DNA of 64,000 nt from Chara braunii (GCA_003427395.1 BFEA01000001.1:11403787-11467786), one strand, 5' to 3'; positions 35,563 through 48,583 are shown, counted from the first letter of the stretch. The notes: generated by a model from the letters alone, not told the origin. A program made the numbers and translations.

Positions 35563-38324
35563 ATGCAAGACAATAAACTCTGAGTGGGCACTTGGAACGT
35601 AAGGGGACTAGGGGACAAAAACGGTAAGAAGAAGAAGGCTCGCCTGAAAACGTGGATTCATAAGACTCATGTATAGATCATCCTTCTCCAAGAAACAAAA
35701 CTGAATGATGTAAAAATCAGGAAGTTGGAGGGATGGTGGAATGAACCACAATGGTGGTCGCCAGCCAAAGGCTCCGAAGGAGGCACAACCATACTGATCC
35801 ATAACAGTTCGCAAATCATTATTATCGATAATTGGCAGGACTCCCTTGGAAGATGGAATTGGATCAATCTCCTCCTCGAGGGGGAGGAATGGACCTTCAT
35901 GTCGATGTATTTTCCATCAGACCACAAAGAGCGGTCCCAGTTTATGGAAACGGTGGATTTTATCATTCCAAACTCTCCGAACCTCATTATTGGTGGAGTT
36001 GGAATGTACCTTTAGACCCGCTCCTGGACTCGGTCAACGGCAACGACAGCAACACAGACAACAAAACACTAAAAACCTTGAAGTTCTTGAGAGGGCACGA
36101 ATTGAGAGACGCCTATCGCTCCCTACATCCGGATATAATCCCTTTCACATGGTGCGCGACATCCTGCATCCCAACCAAAAGACGGTTGGATCACAAGTTT
36201 GTCAGAGAACCGATTTGGGACAGAGCGCTGTCCACCGGAATAGACACACATCCAATGTCCGACCATAAACCTATCACCCTCAATCTGAGCATCACCAATA
36301 TGACAGTCCATAAGCAGTCAATCTTCCGCCTAAATGTACACATCCTTGAGGATGATGGGATCCCGCTCCGGGTCAAAAAATATTGGAACCAATGGCTTAA
36401 AGATGAAACAAAGGACGTCCCCTATCACCAAAGGCAGGATGAAGGGATAAGGGAAACAAATAGTTTGCCAAGTACCTTTCAATTCATACTAGTCAATGAA
36501 CAACACAACGAAGAAGCCGACTTTCGCATGAGAGTAGAAAATGCCGAAAGACATATGACCCATAACAGCCCTGCAATAGAGTACTGGACTGAGAAGAGGA
36601 ACATAACTTTGCACAACTGGCAAGAGTTTCATATTAGAAGAGAGGAAACATGGGCCGGATATTCCTCTGCATCCAAGATTATAACAGACGACCGTATGTC
36701 CAAGACATTCTTCGCAAAAGCTTCTTCAAAAAGAGGTAGCTCTGAGATGAGAGAGATGACTCACTCATTCCAACCGGATGAACCAGTAGCAAAAACTATT
36801 GAAGACGTATGTGAGTATTTCAGGCTTTTCTATGCCCACCTTCTGACAACAGAGAAAAACCCGGGTGCATCACTAATACCGGGCGAGGAAGCGAACCAGT
36901 TATGGGGATCACAAGAGGAACATCAAAACGAGAATTTCTATACGCTGAGCTGACTCTGGAGGAACTAACAACAACCATGGCCAACATGACTAGAGGCAAA
37001 TGTCGAGGCCTAGATAACCTGCCTATTGAATTATATGCGAGGTATTGGACAATTTTTGGCCCAATACTACTGAAGGCATTCAATGAGGTCCTTAGGGGAG
37101 AAAGACTTGGAACCGGCATGATGGAGGGTGCCATCACTCTGCTATACAAGAAAAATAACAAAGCAGACATACGGAACTACAGACTTATTACACTTCTGAA
37201 TGCGAGTGGTAAGATAATGGCCAAAGCACTTTCAATCAGAATTGTCAAGATTCAACCCTCACTGGTATACCCAGATCAATCCGGGTTTGCCCATGGGAGG
37301 CAGATCTTGGACAATGTGATGACCATCGCCCAGAGCATGGAAATCATCAAGAAGTGAGAATCTGACGAGGTTATACTCTTAATAGACTTCGAAAAAACCT
37401 ATGACAAAGTTAATTGGACCTTCGTAATAAAAGTATTGAGTAGAAGGGGCTTCGACCGTAACTACCAAAGATGGGTTAAAGACCTATATGAAGACTCAAG
37501 CGCTTCGGTTATTGTCAATGGACTCAGGTCGGAACTCTTCAAACTCACAAGATTCCTGAGACAACGGTGCCCACTAGCACCTTTGCTCTATGTCCTCCAG
37601 CAAGAAGTTCTCCTGAAAATGCTAAGAGAATCTCCAACTGTCCACGGTCTGAGGATAAATCCTACACTAGAAATCGAAACCTCAACCTTGGCCGACAACC
37701 TCTCCATCATTTCGGACAACACGACCTCGTCTCTACATAAAGTAGCCAACTGTTTGCAGATATTTGAAAGAGCTTCGAAAGCCAAGGTAAGCTGGAGTAA
37801 ATCCGTGGTCCTCAATGAGGACAACACTCCACCGGTCATCAATATGGGAATGGAGGTTAGGAACAACAACACCTCTGAGCAATTCCTAGGAATAGAAATT
37901 TCCTACTTGGATTGCAAAACCAAACAGAACCAGATCTTGGAAGATAAGATCAATGACAGGCTAGTAATCTGGTCCCAAGTGTGGTCAATCTCCCTCTTCG
38001 GCGGGGCAGTAATCATCAATGTTAGGGTTTTATCGACAATTTGGTATGTCATTTCCCTTCGTGAAATTGATCAAAGTACAGCGGAAAAAATCAAGAAAGA
38101 TATTTCTAGAAATCTTTGGAAAGGATCAGTGGCATGTAAGGGTTTCCTTCCCAAAGTTGCACGGTGGAAAATTACTCAGAAAAAGAGCGAGGGGGGACTG
38201 GGTTTACTGGACCCAATCACCCCAAACCAGGCTTTACTGGCCAAATGGGTAATTCAAGGACCGTTGGACCTAGATCCCAAGCCCTGGTCCGCCTTGATGG
38301 AAGCAATCCTCGCTGAGGAATGGG
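35563..38324 (+). pseudogene. LINE ORF2, 5' part: APE endonuclease and reverse transcriptase
   Basis: TWNVRGLG, FLQETKL, DAYR..HP...FTW, RRLD, SDHKPI; RGLDNLPIE, NYRLITLLN, DQSGF..GRQILDN, IDFEKTYDKV, LRQRCPLAPLLY, LADN (YADD-like), KSEGGLGL. Confidence 0.92.
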
Positions 38325-39659
38325 TGTGACGCCCAACCTCACGCCCAACGCGACTTCCTGTTTTCGAAGTGATAGGGGGCCCGGAAGTGCGTTGTAGGGG
38401 TGTGCCAAGGATTTTAGGAAAGTGGGTTGGAGTCCCAGGTCGAAACTAAGATCTTCGGTGTCAAGTTCCAAGGGTGGAAATGCAAGTGGTTTTTGTGTAG
38501 GGTCAGGTCTTGGGTTTTGCCTTTCTCAGGGTCGAGCGGCTAATTTCGTCGGTCCCGTCGCCTCGGGAGGACCCACACCTGGTGCACTGGCGGAACAAAG
38601 TGGGTGTCTCTCTGTTCAATCATCTGTCGCCGGTGGGTTTCACAGATCTTCGAGTTCGACGTGGACGACCTTGGGCGGAGACTGTTATCGGTGCTCATCT
38701 TCGGAGCGTGTCCGTCGCACGAATCCCGCAACCCGATAGGTGTTGTACTGACGACACTCCGAACACGGCTTACTGGCCCTGCAATGCGCGATCGAATCCC
38801 AGGGAACTATCGTCAAATGGTGACAGGGGAGAAGGAGATAAAATGGAGGGAAGTCGGTTTCAATGGCGACAAATCCCGGCGTAAGGTGGTACTGATAATT
38901 ATGGGGGTCGGGGTAATTTGGGGTTCGGGGGTTCCGTCTAAGAGCCTAGCGAAAGTCCCAAGCACACAACCGATCGTCCTCCGTTTGACAAGGGTAGGCC
39001 GGAAGCCGTAAGTTTGATCGGCGGAAGAATTGCTCGTTCTCCCAGTATTCTCTGTACTCGGGGTTCCTCAGACTGACATGGTCCGTGATCGAGAATGGAA
39101 CGTCGTCATCCATATTTGACAAGATGGGCTGTATTTATTCATTTGGCCATGCAGAGAGAGGGGCCGCCAGGTCATGCAAACACGCGCATACTACGTGACG
39201 ACTGTCGTTTGGCGATCACTCGTATGTGTGCGTGCACATGATCTGTTCCCACCGAATTCGAATCAACTCAAATGGATTAGAGGACCGTTCGTCGAGCGAA
39301 AGAAAAGAAATGAACATTCATTCTTATGCATCAGATAACTCATACTCCGGCATACACATCGAGGGCAACCTACTCATTATGCATACATCTGGTCGCGGGA
39401 GACAGCCTGATCACACATCCGACCATCGCAATGACATATCCATTTTATTTAAAAAACGGGCAAGACCACATATGTGCCCCCACACATAAAGTCATCAATA
39501 CAATAAAAAACGAGGAGGTGGGGGAGGTCAAAGATGCCTCATACATCAATCGAAGAAAAAGATAGAAAGGTCCAAAAATGCCGCAACCAAGAATGGTCGA
39601 AGCCAGAGATCAAAATTACGCAGAAGATGCAAGAAAACAATTCCCACTTCAGCACACCG

Positions 39660-39729
<70 letters not shown>

Positions 39730-39809
39730 NNNNNNNNNNNNNNNNNNNNNNNNNNNNNNNNNNNNNNNNNNNNNNNNNNNNNNNNNNNNNNNNNNNNNNN
39801 NNNNNNNNN

Positions 39810-39848
<39 letters not shown>

Positions 39849-40835
39849 AATTCCCTTGATGTGGGCAGTCTGTCGCCTCGCACCCATCAACAACCCGAAG
39901 TTGTCATCTCGCTTAGTCCGAGTGTGCAAGCCCGGTTCGCGCGTATTCCACAGTCCTTCGCGGCCATACGTCAACCCCGCACACCCAGCACCACCTCATT
40001 AGATCGCCCAACTCCCTACTCACCTTTCTGTCTCCGCTCGTTAGCCGATCCTCTCGACCGTGACCGCGCTAACTCCCGAGTGTAGATTAGAGAGCGAATT
40101 AGTCGCGCATGCGAGCTTTATAGTAGTCAGGGGGTGCGCGAGGTAATTTTGGATTATGCTGAAGCGAGAAGCAGAAGGGGAGAGGAATTGTCTGTGGGTG
40201 TGTTACGGGGTCGCGGCGTGGGGGATGTAGCCACTCTCCACACATTGATCCAGTCATGCATCTGCAGGCCAACGCGAGAGACAGGAAAAGAGGAGCAGAG
40301 AACTTCGCGAGGCAAAAGAAAGGAAAGAGATCAAGAAGCCAAAGGATTACAGCTACACCTACGCTTGGCAAGAAGGAGCAATAAGAGATATTACAGTTGC
40401 AATTAGAACTTAGGCGCGGCGGGAGCAGGGCGGAGAGCAGTACGCAGTAATGCGCGCGCGAATAGGGAACCTTGTGCCGTTAGAGCCAAAAATTACGATG
40501 CTCCCAATTTCCTACTAGCCTAAAAAAATTCCTAATTGCAAAAAGGAATTCCGAGAACCTGTGTATGTTCAAAATTCAAAAAGAAATGCAAGAAACTTCC
40601 CCGCACGGTAACCATGCCAAAAATACCCCGCTCAGTTCCATCGTCAACAAAACAAAAAGAAAGAAAAGATGTTATTTTTCCGCGCTCGCCATGGCGCGGC
40701 CTCCCAAGCGTCGTGGTCCCAGCCGAAAAAAATATTAGTGCGATCGGGCCCAGTCCTTTCTTCTCCATTCCCCCCCACCCCCCTTTAGTACTACTGCGCA
40801 GCAGATGGTGCCCTTACACAGAAGAGATCGTCACA
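38325..40835. mobile_element. ~2.5-kb solo LTR inserted into LINE ORF2
   Basis: TGTGACG...CGTCACA termini with a 4-bp TSD TGGG (38321-38324, 40836-40839). Removing it restores the in-frame sequence LAEEW-GLDNPSDIWECL. Confidence 0.9.
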
Positions 40836-42394
40836 TGGGGACTAGACAACCCATCAGACATCTGGGAGTGTCTCTTTATGAAGCCTGTGCTGAATAAGAA
40901 GATCCAGTCCTATTTGGAAGCCCATCATCGAAGCCTGGAAATCGATGCTTCCCACCAGGGTTGAGAACCCTTGCACTAGGGACGAAGTGCTGATGCAACC
41001 GATCTTTGAGAGCCCATATGTAAGGTCCCAATCAGGGTCGGTTCTCAGAGTGTCAGAAGCAGAAGGAGGATTCTGCATCAAATGGATCCGCAGAGGGGTG
41101 TACTGTATCAGACACATATGGGATCAAGACCACAAGTCCTGGAAGGAATGGAGAGAACTGAGAGGGGTCCTACAAGATCTACACAATGGCCCAGACTGCA
41201 TATTGCTTATCCAAAGAGCAATTCCCCAGGAATGGTTGACACTGCTAACCCAGCGACCTTTCCCCAAAAAAGACCTGGGTAACAGATCAACCTAACAGGA
41301 GGAGCTTTCTCAGAATTGAATCATGTGACGAAGACAACCAGTTGGTATGCTCAGAGTGGAAAATGGGGAAGAAATAGCTGCAGAAAGAGGAGCTGGAGAA
41401 CCACATTACTCTGTCCCCAGATCACGTTCTTCAGATTATGGTCAAAGAAAGCGTGGAAGAAACAATTACTCTGTGCCCAGATCACGTTCCTCAGATTATA
41501 GTGAAAGAAAGAGTGGAAGAAACAATCCGAGGAAATATCTCACACTTTTATCCCACTGTAAATGGCACCCCGCTGTTACACTGCAAAGTGAACCCCACAG
41601 CTACAGGCTGGAGGTACGTCACCCCAGAACAGCCAGTTGTCAACATACTTGACCACTCGGTCTCACTGGGCCAGCGGCTCAAATCCAAAGCAAACGAACT
41701 GACGACGAAAGTTAAGGAGACGTGGGATAAATCTCTGCAGTTGATGAACCTTCCCAGAGCCAGCTTTACCCAGGTACAGGACCTGGGAAGAAATCTGAAG
41801 GAGTTCCCAATCATCAAGATGGCCAGTCTGGAGTTGCTCTTCACCTACCAAAGTCTTCCGACAGTCAAATGGTGCGTAATCAAACAAATGAATGTGAGCC
41901 TTCGATGTGCCCATTGCCAGGACTTACAAATAGAAGACACTCAACACCTATGGTGGTCCTGTCCCAAGGCCCAGGAGTTCTGGTCTTGGTGGCAGAACAT
42001 CTGGACTCAGGCTTACGCAAATACGCCCAAGGACAGAAAGTGGGATAAGCAACTGATATTGGGAGGGGTAGCCATGTCCCTTCCCAGAGTCGTGTACATT
42101 GCCAGACTGACAGGTTTGTGGTTCCTCTGGTTGGAAAGAAACAGAGCCCGCTTTTCAGGAGAGGCGTACTCCCTGCACAGGCTCCAAGGTAATATGACGA
42201 GAACCCTGAAGGAAGTCACCCAAGCCGACTGGGGGAAGATGTCCCAGTCCAAGTTACCTGAGGAAAAGAGGAAGGAGAACTTTCAGAAGATCTGGTCGAA
42301 GGATTACTGCTGGGCCATCCCCGATCAGAAAGGTAGGCTCATATTTAGCCGCCTGTTGGAATCCAGAAGAGCATGGGCCATTGAACCTGACTAA
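40836..42394 (+). pseudogene. LINE ORF2, 3' part with zf-RVT
   Basis: QPIFESPY, WIRRGVYCIRHIWD, CAHCQDLQIEDTQHLWWSCP, LWFLWLERNRARF. A 60-bp internal tandem duplication lies at ~41395-41526. Confidence 0.9.
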
Positions 42395-42658
42395 CCATCC
42401 AATTTAATATTTTGTTTTTTTTTGTTTTTGTTTTTTCATCTTATCTGACAATTGGGTAGAGAGGATTTTCAGCGGTGTTTGTATGTCTTGTACACCTTAG
42501 GAAAGGTGATGGTAGAACTATCACTAACAGTTCAACGCAAAGCCCTTGGGCTCTCCCAGTCTACTTTCCACAGACAATCCACTCAGGGTCAGGGCTAAGT
42601 TAGACAACTCAGACTCTTACATTCTTTTTGAGTAGCCAATCTGCTGCTCCACTTTAAA

Positions 42659-42851
42659 CCACCAGTACTTGGCCCATACATCGCGGGCCTTACCCGTTAA
42701 CGCTCCGCAAAGTTCGGGCTTCGGGGTACCTGACCTCAATGGCTGGAAGCGCCAGCCAACAAAATTCGAAAAGGTACCCTGGTGCTTCCGGAAGAACTGG
42801 CACGCAGGGGGATTCCAGGCTCGGCAACGATAGCTGGGCCACGTACTGGGG
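42659..42851. mobile_element. MITE with CCACCAGTACTTGGCCCA TIR in the LINE 3'UTR
   Basis: The left TIR follows TTTAAA and the right TIR is TGGGCCACGTACTGGGG. The same terminus recurs at 55556-55573. Confidence 0.5.
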
Positions 42852-43034
42852 CTAGGTCCCACCAGCGTCTTATCGTGATAGCTGGTGGTTTAATAAAGGA
42901 CGCTGGGCCTGTTTCCCAGCAAGTTGCTCATCAGATTCTCAGCCATGGGAAGCTGAGACTGATTCGTGACAGATTGTTTTTGGGACGCTGGACCCGGTTC
43001 CAGCAGGTGCAGCTCCCCACCAATACTAGATGGA

Positions 43035-43104
43035 GGGCCTCGCCACACCACTCTCGGAAGTTCATTCTCATTTTTCACATTTCGAGAGTGGTGTGGCGAT
43101 GCCC
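43035..43104. mobile_element. 70-bp Harbinger/Tourist-like MITE
   Basis: GGGCCTCGCCACACCACTCTCG...CGAGAGTGGTGTGGCGATGCCC with a 3-bp TSD GGA. The empty site (GGAGTC) is seen in the paralogous tail at ~63941. A longer relative lies at 49869-50033. Confidence 0.75.
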
Positions 43105-43807
43105 GGAGTCTTGTACACAGGAACTCACTTGAAGGGGATGCTCCTATCAGCTCTTCAAGTGAGGATCCCATCTCGGCAAAAAAAAAAAAAAAAAAGAGTG
43201 AGGCTGCCTGAACAGCAAAAAAAAAAAAAAAGGTGGACACCGCCCTCCGAGGGGGCCTTACGTTCAGCCCGCCCGTGCCGTGCACGCAACCACGTTGGCG
43301 GGGGCAAGACTTTTTTTTTTTTCCTTTTTTTTTCTCTGTCTATATATATATTCTCTCAGGCGTTCTTCCATGTCATGGAACATATCTTTTTCCTTTCATT
43401 TTCCTTTCATTTTCCTTTCACGACCTACCGCTACCTCTCTTCAAGCATAGGTTTCTACCTCTCTTCGGTGAAGGGAGGTTGTGGGCAAGTTTTGAAAAGC
43501 CGCCCGTTTTGCCTCCGAAAACAGAAAAAGGAAATAAATTGCGGGAAAAAAAGGCCGGCAATATGCGCCTCGCCCTTACTGTAAAAGGGCCCCCGTATGT
43601 CACCGTGCAGCCTCGCAAAGTCGCAGAGAGGTGTAGCAAGGTCGCAGATTTCGCGACTTTTTTCTTTTTTCTTCCTTTTTGGGTTTCTCGCGATTTTGAT
43701 GCCATTCAGCCACCAAGCAGTTTTTTTTTCCCCTCGTTCTCGTCCTCGTTTCCTCTACTTCCTCGTTGTTTCCCATTTCCTCCTTTCCACTCGCCCATTT
43801 CTCTCGC

Positions 43808-43871
<64 letters not shown>

Positions 43872-44308
43872 NNNNNNNNNNNNNNNNNNNNNNNNNNNNN
43901 NNNNNNNNNNNCGCACCCACGCACAGGCACCAGCACAAGCACAAGCACACGCGCGCGTGCGCACTCACACCCACACACACAAACACAAATACACGTTCTC
44001 TTCTTTGCTTAAGATTTCTCTTTCTGCATGTATTTATTTGCACACCGTTGCCGTAGAACAGACACTTTGAAATCCGTGCTTGATTGATTTTGTTCGCAGC
44101 TTGTGTTTCTCCGCTTTCTAGAGAAGTTCCCCGCCAGTGCTGTTTCCTCTGTCAGCGTTGACGACGCTGACGCTGAGCTCGGCCACGTCCGCATTTCCGC
44201 TCCCGGCGCCGTCGCTGTTGGGCCATCACGTCCGCTCCAGCAAGTCGTGCAAGTGCAAGCTCTTTTCGCAGAGGCAGGCGTGCCTCTCCCTCTCTGCTCT
44301 CTACCCCG

Positions 44309-44588
44309 ATGGCATTGCATCTCGTCAGACCCTCAGCCGCTCTTCTTCTTTTGCTGCTGGCGACACTTACACCACCTCTATGCTCCCCCCTTGAGCGGCG
44401 GAGGGTCGCTGCGCAAGCGCAGCAACTGCTGCGGTCCCTGAAGAGCAAGAGCATGTCCGCTCCTATCGTGAATGGCCAGGCGGCTTCAGATCAGAAGAGC
44501 GATTTCGTCTTTCAAGTGGCTATTCTGAAAGATGGAGAATTTCGATGTGGCGGAAGCATAATCGCGCCTTCTTTCATCCTCTCCGCAG
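44309..44588 (+). CDS. Exon 1 of a secreted trypsin/chymotrypsin-like (S1A) serine protease
   Basis: Signal peptide MALHLVRPSAALLLLLLATLTPPLCS, a propeptide, mature N-terminus IVNG, then FQVAI...RCGGSIIAPSFILSA. A phase-1 donor CAG|GTGAGT falls just before the expected AHC (catalytic His) motif. Confidence 0.88.
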
Positions 44589-44885
44589 GTGAGTAAAGGC
44601 TTCGATCGAGCTCGAGTACTCAGCACCAGATGACCAAAATGAGCATGAATCTTCTGCTAGAACATGGCAAGATGATCTGCCACACGTTTTGTCTTTGTGG
44701 CTTTTTGTTGGTGAGTTGACGAGCGAGGCCATCACTTTCTATGTCAAGTCTTTTAGCCGGTATTTTCATTGAAATTAATCGTTTTTTTCCAGATGCATTA
44801 GTTTTTCCTTATTAAAAGAAATCAGTCCCCAGCTACCTCAGCACCAGTCCTGGGTAACTACCGGTAGTACTAGGAAAATGCCAAC

Positions 44886-44947
44886 GGGCCTAGCTCAGTT
44901 GGTACACCCCTGAGCTGTTGAAATAATACAGACTCAAGATCGAATCC
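44886..44947 (+). mobile_element. tRNA-derived SINE head (Asn-like); family with several copies
   Basis: A-box TAGCTCAGTTGG and B-box-like GATCGAATCC. Minus-strand copies at ~22954-22985, 47101-47248 (duplicated), 47434-47487, 53898-53940 and 59509-59576. Confidence 0.7.
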
Positions 44948-45265
44948 AATCCAGATACTATCAGGTGAACAGAATAAAACCCTCCTTCTGAATTGCCTGG
45001 CGCCGGTCGGTTCAATAATTTGAACTGGACAATGAAAATATCGGAAATATGGAAGTCGTCTAACAGACCAGCACGCTCTACTCTTTCGCGCTTAAGGCGT
45101 GAATGCTTATCCCCAACGCAATCTTGCCCTCACATTCGCTGAACATCAAGGTAGTCTTGTTCCGATCTCTTGAATATGTGGTCGACTTCTGATCCTCCTA
45201 CCTGTACGTCGATATCTGGCCAGATACAGATTCCGTCCGGCAATTCCAGACGGGCATTCCCACTC

Positions 45266-45328
<63 letters not shown>

Positions 45329-45510
45329 NNNNNNNNNNNNNNNNNNNNNNNNNNNNNNNNNNNNNNNNNNNNNNNNNNNNNNNNNNNNNNNNNNNNNNNN
45401 NNNNNNNNNNNNNNNNNNNNNNNNNNNNNNNNNNNNNNNNNNNNNNNNNNNNNNNNNNNNNNNNNNNNNNNNNNNNNNNNNNNNNNNNNNNNNNNNNNNN
45501 NNNNNNNNNN

Positions 45511-45574
<64 letters not shown>

Positions 45575-46092
45575 CGGCGTTAGTAGAAGTGGTCATCGTA
45601 GGAGCAAGGCGTCGAAATGGCGTTATCTGAGATTCTGAGTACCTACCTTGGTAGTATGTTCTCAGACAAGTATCCCGTGGGCTATGATAGTAGTCGCGGG
45701 TCGATACACAGAGAGAGAGAGAGCGGATTAGAATGACCCCTGGCCGAGGAGGAGCCAAACAAATCGGAATCATGGTCTTGGAGTGGGGATGCCGAGATGT
45801 GTCACCGCGGACGATTCGGAATGGAAGGAGCGACAACAAGGGATTGAAGTCTCCTCCGATTCAGGGGGATCGGGATTTCAGCGGATAGGAATGAGGCCTT
45901 CCTCGACTCTCGACTAATCTGAACCCACGTGTTTATTTCAGTGAATTTGTCTTTGGTGGTTAGTATACTACTGTCACTCTCAAATTTCCAAGCTAAACGT
46001 GTATCTGACGTTCGATTCAGAGCATCTTTTCACTGAAAGACGATGATGGATACAGACGTCGGACTTGCGCGCGCGCCCAGGCACGCGCACAG

Positions 46093-46162
<70 letters not shown>

Positions 46163-46569
46163 ATCATCATCATCATCGTCATCCGCACAGACACACAAAG
46201 GCACAAAGACACACACAAAGACACAAAGACACAAAAGCGCCACCATAGTTCTGCACACGACTTTTTTTTGTTTTTTTTTCGCTTCTTCTTCTTCTTGTTT
46301 TTTTTTTTTTTTTTTTTTTTTGGTATCCCCTCCCACCCGTCCACATGGTGTAAGTTATGAAGCGCCGTATTCACCGCCCCAGGCCAGCTTGACCTCTTCT
46401 CCTTTACCTTCGTGTTACATCATAGTGTGACAAAAAGGAAGAAACGCGAGAAAAGCGAGAAACGGGAGACACGGAAGGAAAAGGAAGATCAACCTACGAT
46501 GCGGTCGATTTTGTCTGTTTCTGACCATAGATTACGAGATCAATAAAAACTTTAAAAAGGACCTTTTTA

Positions 46570-46682
46570 TTGGCGTGACCTGAGCGAGACCGTAGATTGC
46601 AAGATAAACCACAGCATCCGGGTAAGTTAGGACCAAGTTAGGATCTTACCAGCGAGAGTTCAAATCTCTCAGGCCACGCCAA
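46570..46682. mobile_element. Small foldback/MITE
   Basis: TTGGCGTGACCTGAG ... CTCAGGCCACGCCAA inverted repeats. Confidence 0.5.
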
Positions 46683-46830
46683 CACCCCCACCCCCACCCC
46701 CACCCCCGCCCCCCCAAAAAAAAGAGGACCTTTGCCACGGAGGCCAGGTCAATCAATAATTTATATTGGTATAATCTCGCGGGTCTGGGCGTTACTTACT
46801 CGAGGGAATTCCTCTTTTTTTTTTTTTTTT

Positions 46831-46917
46831 GCCTTTGTCGGCGTTTTGGCTAAGTACGATCAAGTGCACTGTGTCTGTTCTGATCTGTTTAATATCTGAT
46901 CCGTGGTCCATCGGAAC
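46831..46917 (+). pseudogene. U2: U2 snRNA 5' fragment (pseudogene)
   Basis: CCTTTGTCGGCGTTTTGGCTAAG..GATCAAGTG...TCTGTTCTGATCTGTTTAATATCTGAT resembles plant U2 nt 1-85. The branch-recognition GTAGTA is mutated and the copy is 3' truncated. Confidence 0.85.
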
Positions 46918-47487
46918 ATCTCCTCGATTCTGGGCGTTGATCGTCGAGATCGGTGGTCGAAGATGGAAGTTCCCATTTCCCGTAGACTAGAAAATTAACC
47001 CTTTTTTCATTTTCATTTTAATTTGTAAAGGGCGACGGCCTTGATGATGGCCTTAGCTTATTCAGAATTGTAGTATGTCCCTCATTTGCTTCCAGCGAAG
47101 ATCGAACACGGGTCTGTAGTTCACCAGTTCGGCGGTGTACCCACCAACATGATTTCATTGCTTCATGTCCCTCATTTGCTTCCAGCGGAGATGGAACACG
47201 GGTCTGTAGTTCAACAGTTCGGCGGTGTACCAACCAACTGAGCTAGACCAGCTGGCAGCTGGTAAAATTCACTTTTTTTAAGTTTTTGTCACTTTGCTCT
47301 GGCCCCGCTGCCCTGCGCTCTGTCGCTCCCTTTTTTTTTTTTTTTTTTTTTTTTTTTCAGATTTCTCGATCAAAGAGAGATCTTCATTCAACTGACCGGC
47401 CCCGTGTACCACCGAATTACTTTGACCGCATCTCGATTCGAACGCTGGTGTGCATCTCAACAGTTCACGGGTGTATCAACTGAGCTA

Positions 47488-47591
47488 CCTTCCTCCCCCG
47501 CAACGACGTACGGACATTCTAGCTGTATTTAGATTCAAAGATGCGTCACATACAGCTATAATGACCGTACGTTGTATTTGGGGGAAGGAGG
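47488..47591. mobile_element. Tc1/mariner (pogo-like) MITE, ~105-120 bp, TA TSD
   Basis: Family termini TA|CCGTCTTCCCCCGAATA...TATTCGGGGGAAGACGG|TA. Other copies at 49700-49807, 56617-56721, 59902-60006 and 61401-61522. Confidence 0.75.
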
Positions 47592-47971
47592 TAGGTCTGT
47601 TGGTTTCGATCAAAGAGAGTCGGCAGGGGAAGAGAGGGGGGGAGATGGGGGGAAAGGGGGGGAGAGGAGGGGGGAGACAAATTGGCGCGCGCTGAGACTC
47701 TTTGGGCGGGTATTCCGTCGCTTTCCGAATCTTTTTTTTTTCTTTTTTTTTTCAAAACAACAGGAGCATCTTTATTTCAAAGTATCAATACCATACCTGG
47801 GTGCTAGGTTCTACCTCGGCAGTAGGAGGGCAGCAGATGGTGGATGGGGGGGGTCAGGAGGGAGTGCCAAACCACTATTTGGAACCCAACTTCCAGTGCC
47901 CTGTGTTAGGGGCACTTCTTAGCTAGGTTTAGCTCGAGGTTGAACTGCAGCCAGAGCTTCACTGCTTTTGT

Positions 47972-47972
<1 letters not shown>

Positions 47973-48015
<43 letters not shown>

Positions 48016-48180
48016 AGAAAACAGCCCGAGCTGATGCTAGGGGTGCTGATAGGAGCAGGCACCACTGGCACTCCCGGGGAGGCTCTGTCTACTGGTGGGG
48101 ACCAGCTCCTGCTGGAAAGCGGGTCCAGCGTCCCTTTACAACATTGTAATTGTTTGTTTGAACAGGGGCTAGGTCCCACT
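47973..48180 (-). mobile_element. LINE/SINE 3' tail with poly(A)
   Basis: T-run at 47973-48014, preceded on the minus strand by the GGGACGCTGG...CCAGCAGG...TCCCCACC motif shared with the LINE 3'UTR at 42982. Confidence 0.7.
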
Positions 48181-48583
48181 TACACGAATTAAGAGATATT
48201 GACCGTAGATAGCACAGATCAACGCTCAGAATCTTGTACTCCGTGCAAATATGTGATTGTAGTTTATGAGCAGTCGTTAACTATGGGCATTGGGCAGCTG
48301 CATTGATTGCCCTCGTACGAGGGGATTAACTGCCCATCAAACCCCTAGGATGGTAGGATGGGTGCACTACCTAGCCCACCCCCCAAAGATCCGATGGTAG
48401 TGAGCCAAATCTAATTAGTTCAACTGAAAACAGATCAGCCGTCTTGATGAGAATGTCCAGGGGCTTGGCCCCCTGCGGGCCCCTGCGGGGCACTGCCCTG
48501 TACGAGAGGAACTGGGTAATGCTCCCAGAAGTCACGATTTCCCCCCCTTGGACTGTGAGGACTCCGGCCTCAATCTGTGCTAT

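Larger units (their letters stand above)
32590..43196 (+). mobile_element. Near-full-length L1/Tx1-like LINE (ORF1, ORF2, 3'UTR, poly-A), pseudogenised and interrupted by a solo LTR and MITEs
   Basis: ORF1 with CCHC knuckle; ORF2 with APE, RT and zf-RVT; A-tail at 43178-43195. The 5' boundary is approximate. Confidence 0.85.
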
